A stretch of DNA of 44,506 bases from an uncultured Bacilli bacterium (GCA_944358145.1 CALVQO010000002.1:1-44506), one strand, 5' to 3'; positions 35,012 through 43,949 are shown, counted from the first letter of the stretch. Program-made: numbers and translations. Notes: generated by a model not told the origin, from the sequence alone.

Positions 35012-38000
35012 ATGAAAGAATTAAAACATCTTCGAAAACGAAATGAAAAGCATTTCTTAAATGATGATGGGACAATTTCACTATATCTCTATAACAATGA
35101 TATTCATTATTTAAAAAATGGTGAATATTTAGATATTGATAATACATTAATAGAAGAAGAAAATACACTCATCAATAAAGAAAATAATTTTCATACTCGT
35201 TTTCCAAAAGATAAAAACACAAATTTATTAGTAGATATTACCAAAGATAATTACTATCTAAAAATATATTTACAAAATCATAAAAACAATAATATGAAAC
35301 TAAAAAGTAATAAAGAAAACATTAAATTAGAAAACATATTAAATGATATCGATATTGATTATAATGTAGTATCTACTAAATTAAAGGAATCAATTATTTT
35401 AAAAAATAAAAATAATATTCCACTATCTTTATCTTTCAAAATAGATACAAACTTAGAACTAGAATTAGAAGAAAAAGGAAGTATTCTAGCGAAAGATAAT
35501 GATAAAACAATATTTGTAATTGCATCTCCTTTTATGAAAGACAATAAAGGAGTATACAATTACAATATAAGCTATGATTTAAATTTAAAAGATAATACCT
35601 ATTTTTTAAATTTAAATTTAGACCAAGAATGGTTAAATGAATCAGAATTTCCAGTAATAATTGATCCAACAATTTCTAATATTGAAAATAATGGAATTGC
35701 TCAGGATGCTTATATTTACTCATGGGATGATGTAAACAATTATACTTATGATAATACTTTATTAAAAGTGGGAGTAGATCCAAATGCCACAACAGACATT
35801 TATGAAACACTAATTAAATTTAGCTTACCAAATATAGGAACAGGTTGTGATATAGTTGATGCGAGAGCCTATTTAATAAGCCATGGATCAGATATATCTT
35901 CCAATGATAATAATAACTACATCTATGTGTATGAAATGGAAAAAGAATGGAACGAAAATTCAGTTAATTTTAAAGATCTAGTATCAAGCCATAATGAATA
36001 TGTGGAAGACTATTTTCTACCTACAAGAAGCAAATTAGAAGGTGACAAAATTTATTTACAAACAAGTTCATTTAATATAACAAGATTAATTAAAAAATGG
36101 TATTCTGGAGAGCCAAATTATGGAATTCTACTAGCAACTAATAATATGCCAGAAAATTGTAAAGAGTATACTTTTTATTCTAAAGATAATGATCTTATTG
36201 GTAATGTTGATCCCAAACCGTATTTAGTAATTACTTATCGTAATCAAAATGGTTTAGAAGATTATATGTCATATCAAACCCAAGAATATACTGATGGAGC
36301 TAGTTACATTAATAATTTAACAGGAAACCTGACAACTAATTTTAATTTAAATGAAACCATTGAAGGTAAATATCCAATTAGTTTAAGTCTAATTTATAAT
36401 ACTAATGATGTTGTATTAAATAATGACTATGGTTATAAAGTAGGATATAAATTAAATCTTCATGAAATAATAAAAGAAGTAACCATTGATCAAACTAGTT
36501 ATTTAGAATATCTTGATGCAGACGGTACAATTCATTATTTTAGAAATGAAATAGATGAAAATAATAATATTATAGAAAATCAATTTGTTGATGAAGATGG
36601 TTTAAAATTAACTGCAACCAAAGAAGAAAATCAAATTACCATAAAAGATATGAATAACAACAAATATATATTTACTTTAAATAATAATATTTATTATTTA
36701 ACCAAATTAATGAATACTAGTAATGATACAGTAACAATTACTTATGATTCAAATAATAGAATTAATAAAATAACAGATGCCAATAATTCTAATATTAATA
36801 TTACTTATAATGCGAATGATATGATTATTACTAGTGATAGTACTACAACTACAATGAATTTTAATAATAATCAAATCTCAAGTATTGTAACAAAAAATGG
36901 TACAACGAGTTTTACTTATAATAATAATGGCTTAATTGAAAAAATAACTGATACAAATGGTTTAAGTAAAAGCTTTAATTATTATGAAGTAAGCCCATAT
37001 AAAGTAAAAAAAGTAGTAGAATATGGATTAAATAATGAAGAAGGAGCTTCTTTAGAATTCATTTATGATTTTATGAGTACTAAGGTTGTAAATAATAAGG
37101 GGAAACAACTTATCTATTCTTTTAATTTAATTGGAAATACGATAGGAGTTTCTAATTTAACAGAAGAAGTAAATTTATCAGATGCTTATGGTAGGGGTTC
37201 GACATATCTAACTGAATCATCAATTGATAATAAAATAAATAAAAATGTTAATGATATATCTTCAAATATTTTATCAACAAAATACACCAAAAACTTATTA
37301 AGTAATAGTAGTTTTGAAGAAGAAGGAGGAATGGGAAGAAGTACAGCTTATCCTGGACGAACTAATGCCTATGCTAGAACAGGAAGTTACTCCCTAGATT
37401 TAAACCAAGGAAGTATTGTAGAATATGTAGATAAGAGTAATATTTACTATACGTTTAGTGGATACTTTAAAAATGATGAAGAAATAGAAATAGTAGCTAG
37501 TTCTCAAGCTTATGCTACCGGCCCGTGTTATTTATATTTTGGAACTATCCCTAAAAATGAAGAATTTACTCGTTATAATTTTTCTTTCCTATTGCCAGAA
37601 AATAAATCACTAATTTTAATTGATTTTAATGTAGCAAACAATGGTAATGCTTATTTAGATGATATGCAATTAGAAGAAGGTAGTATTGCCAATTATTACA
37701 ATTTTGTAGAAAATGGTGATTTTTATGATGGAGCAAATGGTTGGAATGTTGATGCAAATACCAATTATGCTATAATAAATGAAAAAAATAGCAAAGTATT
37801 GCAAATAGATTTTAAACAAGATCAAATTACATCTTTCTCAAAATCAATTCCTCTTCATGGAAGAAAAGATGATATTTATTGTTTATCATTTTGGTATAAA
37901 AATGATGGAATTATTCCAAGTATATCTAATAATACAATTGATTTAAAACATTTCTTAAATTTTGAATATACAAATCTAGTAGAAGATAATGAAGAGGAAG

Positions 38001-41000
38001 AAGATAATTTAAACTATTATAATAATAATTGGACTTATTTTTCTAAAACTTATAAAGCTAAAGATAATTTTGATAAAATAAACTTAAATTTCAAATTCAT
38101 AAAAAGTTTAGGTAAATTTCATATTACAAATATTATGTTAACAAATGCTATTATGTTTGAAAAAAATTCATACAAAAAAGAAACAGGAGTTTTAGAAACA
38201 ATAGAAGAATCTGAAAACAATAAAACAACCTTTAAATATGATGAAAATAATCAATTGATGAGTATGTTTAATCCTCTTGGAAATAACTTTAAATTTGAAT
38301 ATGATAATAATGTAACAGATAGAGTATTAAAAGGAATATCTCCATCAGGTATATCTAATGAAATTGAATATGATGAATATGGTAATCCGATAAAAACAAT
38401 AATTAATAATGTTAATCCAGATCAAGATGTATTAAATAATAAAAATTATTATATACGTCTTAAAGGAACCCCAAAGTATTTAGACTGTGACTTTTTAACA
38501 AATGAAATACTTTTAAAAGAAAATAATTGTAGTCATGATACATTTACACTTTTAAAAGAAGAAGATTATTATCGAATCAAAATAAACAACAAATATTTAA
38601 CTCTTGTTAATAATGAAATAAAATTAACCAAACAAGTAACAGAAGAATCATTATTTAATCTATCAAAAAATGATAATGATAGTTATTTAATTACACCTAA
38701 AACAAAATATATTACAACGAGTTCTGAAGGAGGAACAGTAATTGATTTAGTTAATTATAATTTAGCAAATGTTAATGATAAATTATCATTAAAAACAAGT
38801 GATACAACAGAAAGTGAAGAACAATTCTATTTTGAAGATATAGATACACAAGCTTTTATTGAATCAACAGCAGAATACACTCTAGACGGTAGATTTGTTA
38901 CGAAAACAATAGATTCCTTAGGCAAAGTTACAACTTATGATATCAATACCACGAATGGACTTACCAATAGTATAACAGATGCCAACAACATAACAACTTA
39001 TTACACTTATAATGATAAAGATCAAATAACAAAAGTAAAAAAAGATGAAAAAGAAGTAAACTATACATACAATACCAATAATTTACTATCTAAAATAACA
39101 GCAAATAACAAAGAATATAATTTTACCTATGATAATTTCTTAAATGCTAAACAAATTAAGATAGGAGATAATATTACTTTAATTACCAATAATTATGAAG
39201 AAAATAATGGTAATCTTTTGTCAAGTACTTATGGTAATGGTGATACTATTAGTTATACATATGATGAACTTGATAGAGTTAAAACAAAGACAAATGATAC
39301 AAATACATACAATTATCACTATGATAATTTAGGAAACTTAACTAAAATTACAGGCTTTTTAACTTCACATTCATATAACTTTGATTCGAATAACCAAATC
39401 ATAGAATATTCTCAAGGAGATGGAGTATCCGATGATAATTACTATATAAGATATAATTATGATAAAAATAGCAATATTACTAATAAAAAATATAAACTAA
39501 ATTATCTTACAAATACCATAAAACAAGAAACAGCTTTCGAATACAATATAGATGATGCAATAACCAAAGTAACATTCGATAACAATAACTTAAATTATAG
39601 TTATGATTATCTAGGAAGATTAACTAGTAAAGATATAAATGGTAATAACAAAGTAGAATATACATATATAACGAATGGTAATAAAACATCAACTGTATTA
39701 AAATCAATGAAGATAAACAATGATTTATATGAATATTACTATGATAATTTATATAATATCACCGATATTTATATAAATAATAAATTAATAAATCATTACG
39801 AATATGATAACTTTAACGAACTAATTAAAGAAGATAATTATAATTTAAATAAAACAATAAGATACACTTATGATAATGCTGGAAATATCTTAAAGAAACA
39901 AGAATATGAGTTAGATACTTATAATTTATTACATACAAATACTTATGAATATAATAATGCTAATTGGGAAGACCAATTAACAAAATACAACAATGAAACA
40001 ATTACTTATGATGCTATAGGTAATCCATTAATCATAGGAAATAAAACTCTAACTTGGGTAAATGGCAGACAATTATCAAGTTACACAGATAATGATTTAA
40101 ATATTACTTATGCTTATAATAAAGATGGAATTAGAGACCAAAAAGTAGTAAATAATACAATAACTAACTATTTTACAGAGAATAACAAGATAATATTTGA
40201 ACAAACAGGAAATAATATGGTATACTATATACGAGATGAAGAAGGAAGTTTAATAGGATTTAAATATAATAATACACTTTATTATTATATTAAAAACATG
40301 CAAGAAGATATTATAGGAATAACGGATAGTAATTATAATTTACTATGCAGTTATGAATATGATTCATGGGGAAAACTAATCTCTATTAAAGATAATAATG
40401 GAAGTATTATTACTGATCCATCTCATATAGGATATATCAATCCATTTAGATATAGATCATACTATTATGATAATGAAACAAAATTATATTATCTAAATAG
40501 TAGATACTATAATCCTGAATGGGGTAGGTTTATTAATGCAGATAATCTTTTTGAACAAAATAACTATTTATTGGGAAACAATTTATATATTTATTGTACT
40601 AATAATCCAGCTAATTATTTAGATTATACTGGAAGAAGTATTTCTTTAATAGGGATAGATGAGTTATATGAATATAGCTATGCTGTTGTTTGCACAAAGG
40701 ATAACGGATATTATAAAGTATTTATTGATATAGAAGGGAAAAATTTTGTAGCAGATATTAATGGAAATGCAATAAGATTCAATTTTGAAGTAAATTCTGA
40801 TTATAATCATAAATATGCTTATACTTTAGCAACTGCTGCATATAATGCATATACTATTGTTTATGGAGAAAAAATGTATGGTAGAACTGTAGAAGGAATT
40901 TCAATGGAAATAAAATTACATGATTCCTTATATAAATGGACTGGAATGAGTAATTTTATGATTGCAGACATGGGTACTTCTAAAAATGATAATAACGCAA

Positions 41001-41146
41001 TTATTTCAGAAATATTAAGATTTAAAAACCTTGCAATAAAAAAAGTAACTTCTAATAATTTTGCAACTGAATCAAAAACCGAAACCAAAAAACCAAAGTA
41101 TACAGGTTTATTAGATTTTCTTTTAAAAAATATTTTGATACTCTAA
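35012..41146 (+). CDS. YD/RHS-repeat polymorphic toxin (2044 aa) with an unassigned C-terminal toxin domain
   Basis: Many YD repeats (...ITYDSNNRINKITDANN..., ...YTYNDKDQITKV..., ...YTYDELDRVKTKT...). A DNRLRE-like beta-sandwich lies at about 35650-36250 (...YETLIKFSLP...ARAYLISH...EWNENSVNF...). The core end is PFRYRSYYYDNETKLYYLNSRYYNPEWGRFINADN. The demarcation block is NLYIYCTNNPANYLDYTGR (to 40636). About 169 aa of variable C-terminus follow (40637-41143). Confidence 0.9.
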   Translation: MKELKHLRKRNEKHFLNDDGTISLYLYNNDIHYLKNGEYLDIDNTLIEEENTLINKENNFHTRFPKDKNTNLLVDITKDNYYLKIYLQNHKNNNMKLKSNKENIKLENILNDIDIDYNVVSTKLKESIILKNKNNIPLSLSFKIDTNLELELEEKGSILAKDNDKTIFVIASPFMKDNKGVYNYNISYDLNLKDNTYFLNLNLDQEWLNESEFPVIIDPTISNIENNGIAQDAYIYSWDDVNNYTYDNTLLKVGVDPNATTDIYETLIKFSLPNIGTGCDIVDARAYLISHGSDISSNDNNNYIYVYEMEKEWNENSVNFKDLVSSHNEYVEDYFLPTRSKLEGDKIYLQTSSFNITRLIKKWYSGEPNYGILLATNNMPENCKEYTFYSKDNDLIGNVDPKPYLVITYRNQNGLEDYMSYQTQEYTDGASYINNLTGNLTTNFNLNETIEGKYPISLSLIYNTNDVVLNNDYGYKVGYKLNLHEIIKEVTIDQTSYLEYLDADGTIHYFRNEIDENNNIIENQFVDEDGLKLTATKEENQITIKDMNNNKYIFTLNNNIYYLTKLMNTSNDTVTITYDSNNRINKITDANNSNINITYNANDMIITSDSTTTTMNFNNNQISSIVTKNGTTSFTYNNNGLIEKITDTNGLSKSFNYYEVSPYKVKKVVEYGLNNEEGASLEFIYDFMSTKVVNNKGKQLIYSFNLIGNTIGVSNLTEEVNLSDAYGRGSTYLTESSIDNKINKNVNDISSNILSTKYTKNLLSNSSFEEEGGMGRSTAYPGRTNAYARTGSYSLDLNQGSIVEYVDKSNIYYTFSGYFKNDEEIEIVASSQAYATGPCYLYFGTIPKNEEFTRYNFSFLLPENKSLILIDFNVANNGNAYLDDMQLEEGSIANYYNFVENGDFYDGANGWNVDANTNYAIINEKNSKVLQIDFKQDQITSFSKSIPLHGRKDDIYCLSFWYKNDGIIPSISNNTIDLKHFLNFEYTNLVEDNEEEEDNLNYYNNNWTYFSKTYKAKDNFDKINLNFKFIKSLGKFHITNIMLTNAIMFEKNSYKKETGVLETIEESENNKTTFKYDENNQLMSMFNPLGNNFKFEYDNNVTDRVLKGISPSGISNEIEYDEYGNPIKTIINNVNPDQDVLNNKNYYIRLKGTPKYLDCDFLTNEILLKENNCSHDTFTLLKEEDYYRIKINNKYLTLVNNEIKLTKQVTEESLFNLSKNDNDSYLITPKTKYITTSSEGGTVIDLVNYNLANVNDKLSLKTSDTTESEEQFYFEDIDTQAFIESTAEYTLDGRFVTKTIDSLGKVTTYDINTTNGLTNSITDANNITTYYTYNDKDQITKVKKDEKEVNYTYNTNNLLSKITANNKEYNFTYDNFLNAKQIKIGDNITLITNNYEENNGNLLSSTYGNGDTISYTYDELDRVKTKTNDTNTYNYHYDNLGNLTKITGFLTSHSYNFDSNNQIIEYSQGDGVSDDNYYIRYNYDKNSNITNKKYKLNYLTNTIKQETAFEYNIDDAITKVTFDNNNLNYSYDYLGRLTSKDINGNNKVEYTYITNGNKTSTVLKSMKINNDLYEYYYDNLYNITDIYINNKLINHYEYDNFNELIKEDNYNLNKTIRYTYDNAGNILKKQEYELDTYNLLHTNTYEYNNANWEDQLTKYNNETITYDAIGNPLIIGNKTLTWVNGRQLSSYTDNDLNITYAYNKDGIRDQKVVNNTITNYFTENNKIIFEQTGNNMVYYIRDEEGSLIGFKYNNTLYYYIKNMQEDIIGITDSNYNLLCSYEYDSWGKLISIKDNNGSIITDPSHIGYINPFRYRSYYYDNETKLYYLNSRYYNPEWGRFINADNLFEQNNYLLGNNLYIYCTNNPANYLDYTGRSISLIGIDELYEYSYAVVCTKDNGYYKVFIDIEGKNFVADINGNAIRFNFEVNSDYNHKYAYTLATAAYNAYTIVYGEKMYGRTVEGISMEIKLHDSLYKWTGMSNFMIADMGTSKNDNNAIISEILRFKNLAIKKVTSNNFATESKTETKKPKYTGLLDFLLKNILIL

Positions 41147-41160
41147 GTACTAGAAAGCAT

Positions 41161-41697
41161 GTGATGAATATGAAAAATATATTATTTAATTTAGCTTTAT
41201 TATTTTTACTATATTTTAGTAATCTTTTTGGCATAAAGCATGAATCTACAATAATAAATATTTTGTTACTCTTAGTAATAATAATTTTAATCATAATAAA
41301 TTTAAATAATATTTTAAAAAACAAAAAAACATATATTAAATTAATTAATTTTATTTTAGTATTTTTAATATTTGGAGTTTTATTTACAAAAACGTTTTAT
41401 GAATTAATTTTCTTTCCTCCAAACTTTTTAACAGATTTATCTCAAAGAGGAGAATATACCAATCTTCAGAATAATGATAAATTATATATTTTAAATTATG
41501 ATGATGGTGGAAAAAGTGGCCCAAGTATTGTATGGCTAGAAAAAGAATTGATTTTAAACTTTAAATGTGTTAAAGAAATAGCAGTATCAAATGCATACGA
41601 TTATAAATTTAATTTAGAAGAAATATACAAAGAATTATCCAAAAAAGATTATGGAATTTGTTATAATAATTTTGAAGTTATAGAAATGAATGATTAA
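41161..41697 (+). CDS. Three-TM membrane protein, presumptive cognate immunity protein
   Basis: It starts 15 nt after the RHS stop. It has three hydrophobic helices (ILFNLALLFLLYF..., IINILLLLVIIILIIINL, LINFILVFLIFGVLF) and a soluble tail of about 90 aa. The role is inferred from position only. The start could be 41161, 41164 or 41170. Confidence 0.5.
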   Translation: MMNMKNILFNLALLFLLYFSNLFGIKHESTIINILLLLVIIILIIINLNNILKNKKTYIKLINFILVFLIFGVLFTKTFYELIFFPPNFLTDLSQRGEYTNLQNNDKLYILNYDDGGKSGPSIVWLEKELILNFKCVKEIAVSNAYDYKFNLEEIYKELSKKDYGICYNNFEVIEMND

Positions 41698-41856
41698 AAA
41701 ATCACTTACCCAAAAAAGACTATTATTTGATGTATAATTTTAAAATCAAAGAATATATAACATTTACAAACATGTATAAAGAAAAAAGTCGAGATTATTT
41801 ATTAATAATTTTAGATACTCAAAACAATGAATTAGTTTATTTAGAATATCATAGTT

Positions 41857-41889
41857 AAGAACTAATGGAATAAATTTACATTAGTTCTT
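41857..41889 (+). terminator. Cassette-junction hairpin, copy 1
   Basis: A perfect 11-bp stem AAGAACTAATG (41857-41867) with CATTAGTTCTT (41879-41889), then TTTAT. Confidence 0.7.
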
Positions 41890-41895
41890 TTTATA

Positions 41896-41955
41896 TATTT
41901 GAAGAAACAGGAAATAATATGATATACTATAATACGAGATGAGGAAGGAAGTTTA
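41896..41955 (+). repeat. Relic of the RHS core coding sequence (copy of 40194-40252)
   Basis: TATTTGAAgAAACAGGAAATAATATGaTATACTATAaTACGAGATGAgGAAGGAAGTTTA aligns with 40194-40252 with 3 substitutions and a 1-nt indel. In the RHS gene this region encodes IFEQTGNNMVYYIRDEEGSL. Confidence 0.85.
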
Positions 41956-42647
41956 TGGTAAAGTTTAAAGAAAATGATATATTTGCATTAAAAATAGAAG
42001 ATGAAACTAGCGAGTATTATGGAAGATATATAATATTAATAAAATGCAGTAATTCTGAATGGGAAGAAAGTACTAATAAACAACTTTTTCGATTTAAAAT
42101 ATCTAAAAATAAAACTTTACCCCAATTAAACGAAATTAATTCATTAGAATATATTATAACCTATATTCAACATGAATTAAAAAAATATTTACCATTTGAT
42201 GGTTGCAAAAAATTTAAAGAATTAAAAAAGGAAAGAGATAAAATTCAAGTGTATCCAGATGAATATGGCTATTTATATAGTTTCATTACTAAAATTTTTG
42301 GAGTAAGTAAAAATATTCCAAAAAACTTAATTTATATCGGGAATATGGCTTTAGAATTACCTTATCATGAATATATTCCAGTATGTGAATATGGATATAT
42401 ACGTGAATATTCAGGATGGGAAAATATAGAAAAAGAATTAATAAAAGATTATAAATCTTATAATTTAAAACAAAGCAAAATATTTTGTAAAGAAGCAGCA
42501 ACAAATGAAAAAAACGAAGTAATAGATTTAATTAAGCTTGAAAAAAGACTAGAAAACATAAATTATGACAAAATCTATTTAAATGAAGAAGCAATAGAAG
42601 ATTCTCTAACCTATGTAGGAGGAGAAGACGAAGATCCATTTAAATAA
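41955..42647 (+). CDS. Cytoplasmic acidic protein (230 aa), orphan-immunity candidate
   Basis: The ATG lies exactly where the RHS-relic homology ends. Its RBS, GAGGAAGGAAG, comes from the relic. No TM helices and no recognisable motifs. It is followed by copy 2 of the junction hairpin. Confidence 0.55.
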   Translation: MVKFKENDIFALKIEDETSEYYGRYIILIKCSNSEWEESTNKQLFRFKISKNKTLPQLNEINSLEYIITYIQHELKKYLPFDGCKKFKELKKERDKIQVYPDEYGYLYSFITKIFGVSKNIPKNLIYIGNMALELPYHEYIPVCEYGYIREYSGWENIEKELIKDYKSYNLKQSKIFCKEAATNEKNEVIDLIKLEKRLENINYDKIYLNEEAIEDSLTYVGGEDEDPFK

Positions 42648-42653
42648 ATATAG

Positions 42654-42686
42654 AAGAACTAATGTAAATCAATTGCATTAGTTCTT
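42654..42686 (+). terminator. Cassette-junction hairpin, copy 2
   Basis: The same 11-bp stem AAGAACTAATG (42654-42664) with CATTAGTTCTT (42676-42686), a different loop, then TTTAT. Confidence 0.7.
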
Positions 42687-42695
42687 TTTATCTAT

Positions 42696-42724
42696 TTGAA
42701 TAAAAAGTTAACACATGATATACT
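42696..42724 (+). promoter_or_regulatory. Sigma-A-type promoter of the third cassette
   Basis: TTGAAT (42696-42701), a 17-nt spacer ending in TGa, then TATACT (42719-42724). It sits in the same position as TTGAAG-N18-TATACT at 41899-41928. Confidence 0.5.
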
Positions 42725-42794
42725 AGAGTTAAGTGTTAAAAAGAGTTTAATAGAACAACAAAACTAATTTCTATTAATAATAAAGGAGTTAGAA

Positions 42795-43949
42795 ATGAAC
42801 GAGTTATTTAAAATAGATACAATTATTTCTTTTAAAGAGTATTTAAAAATCAAAAAATTTTATAAAAAAACAAATCAAATAATAATATTTATTTCCATTT
42901 TAATTATCTTAATATCTATTTTAAATTTTATAAAAGATTTTCATATCATTTTTTTAATCGCTAGTATAAGTGTGTTCGTAATATATCTTGATTTTTTAAT
43001 CTATCTATTTTTATTACTAATTTATTATTATCGATATAATAAACAAAAAAATGAATTAAATTATACCATCTTTTTCTATGAAAACCAAATGAAAAGAAAA
43101 GGAAGAAAAGTTGAAGATATCATCAAATATGAAGATATCGAAAAGATAAAAGAAAATAAAAAAGAACTAACATTGATCTTAAAAAACAATAATATCAAAA
43201 TATTAAAATCTAATGATCAAAAAGAAATAATAAGTTTTATTAAAAAAATCCAAAAACAAAACAAAAATCAAATAGTTCAAACCAATAAAATGTTAAATCA
43301 CTTATTTATTACATTGATATGCTTATTTTGTATTATTCTATTATTAAATTTAAGTTTAATAGATAATAATACCAGTAATTCTTATTGTTACATGTGGACT
43401 ATGTGGTTAATATTACCTTTATCCATATTTTCGATAATAATTGGTTTAAAATATAAAGATAAATCTTCAAAAAGTATTAAAAATATTATAGGTGGTTCTC
43501 TAATTACTTTTCTTGCTTTAATTTATGGCTTACTTTCATTTATACCAAATAATGAAATAGATTATCAAGAAATTTATCAATTAGAAGATATTATAGGTAT
43601 AGAATTACCTAAAACAGGGATATACAGAAAAGAAGAAATAAAAAACAGTAATTTAGAAAATCATATCGTCCATGAATTAATTTTTTCTAAAAAGAACGAA
43701 TATTTAAAAGTAGAACAGGAGATAGAAGCAAGCAACAAATGGTTAGATTCAGATGAAGTATCTCGTGAGTTATCCTTCTTTTTACCAGTAGTTTGTAGAT
43801 TCAGTTGCTCTTATTCAGTTTATATTGATGGAGCCAAAACGCAAAATACTATTCCAAAAGAAAAAGGAACATATCACATTTATGCGATGCTATATAATGA
43901 TGATAATCAAGTGTTAAGAATTGACGAATATACTTATAATTACAACTAA
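42795..43949 (+). CDS. Multi-TM protein with a YcxB-like N-terminal module and a C-terminal soluble domain (384 aa)
   Basis: RBS AAAGGAG. Two TM helices are followed by a PH-like segment (...IKYEDIEKIKENKKELTLILKNNNIKILK...), as in YcxB-type proteins. Then come about three more TM helices and a soluble domain of about 150 aa. Confidence 0.5.
   Translation: MNELFKIDTIISFKEYLKIKKFYKKTNQIIIFISILIILISILNFIKDFHIIFLIASISVFVIYLDFLIYLFLLLIYYYRYNKQKNELNYTIFFYENQMKRKGRKVEDIIKYEDIEKIKENKKELTLILKNNNIKILKSNDQKEIISFIKKIQKQNKNQIVQTNKMLNHLFITLICLFCIILLLNLSLIDNNTSNSYCYMWTMWLILPLSIFSIIIGLKYKDKSSKSIKNIIGGSLITFLALIYGLLSFIPNNEIDYQEIYQLEDIIGIELPKTGIYRKEEIKNSNLENHIVHELIFSKKNEYLKVEQEIEASNKWLDSDEVSRELSFFLPVVCRFSCSYSVYIDGAKTQNTIPKEKGTYHIYAMLYNDDNQVLRIDEYTYNYN

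Noticed and set aside
41730-41858. 42-codon ORF (MYNFKIKEYITFTNMYKEKSRDYLLIILDTQNNELVYLEYHS*) ending at the first junction hairpin
   Set aside because: It has no RBS and no promoter. It may be the 3' remnant of a lost cassette gene, but that cannot be supported from the sequence alone.
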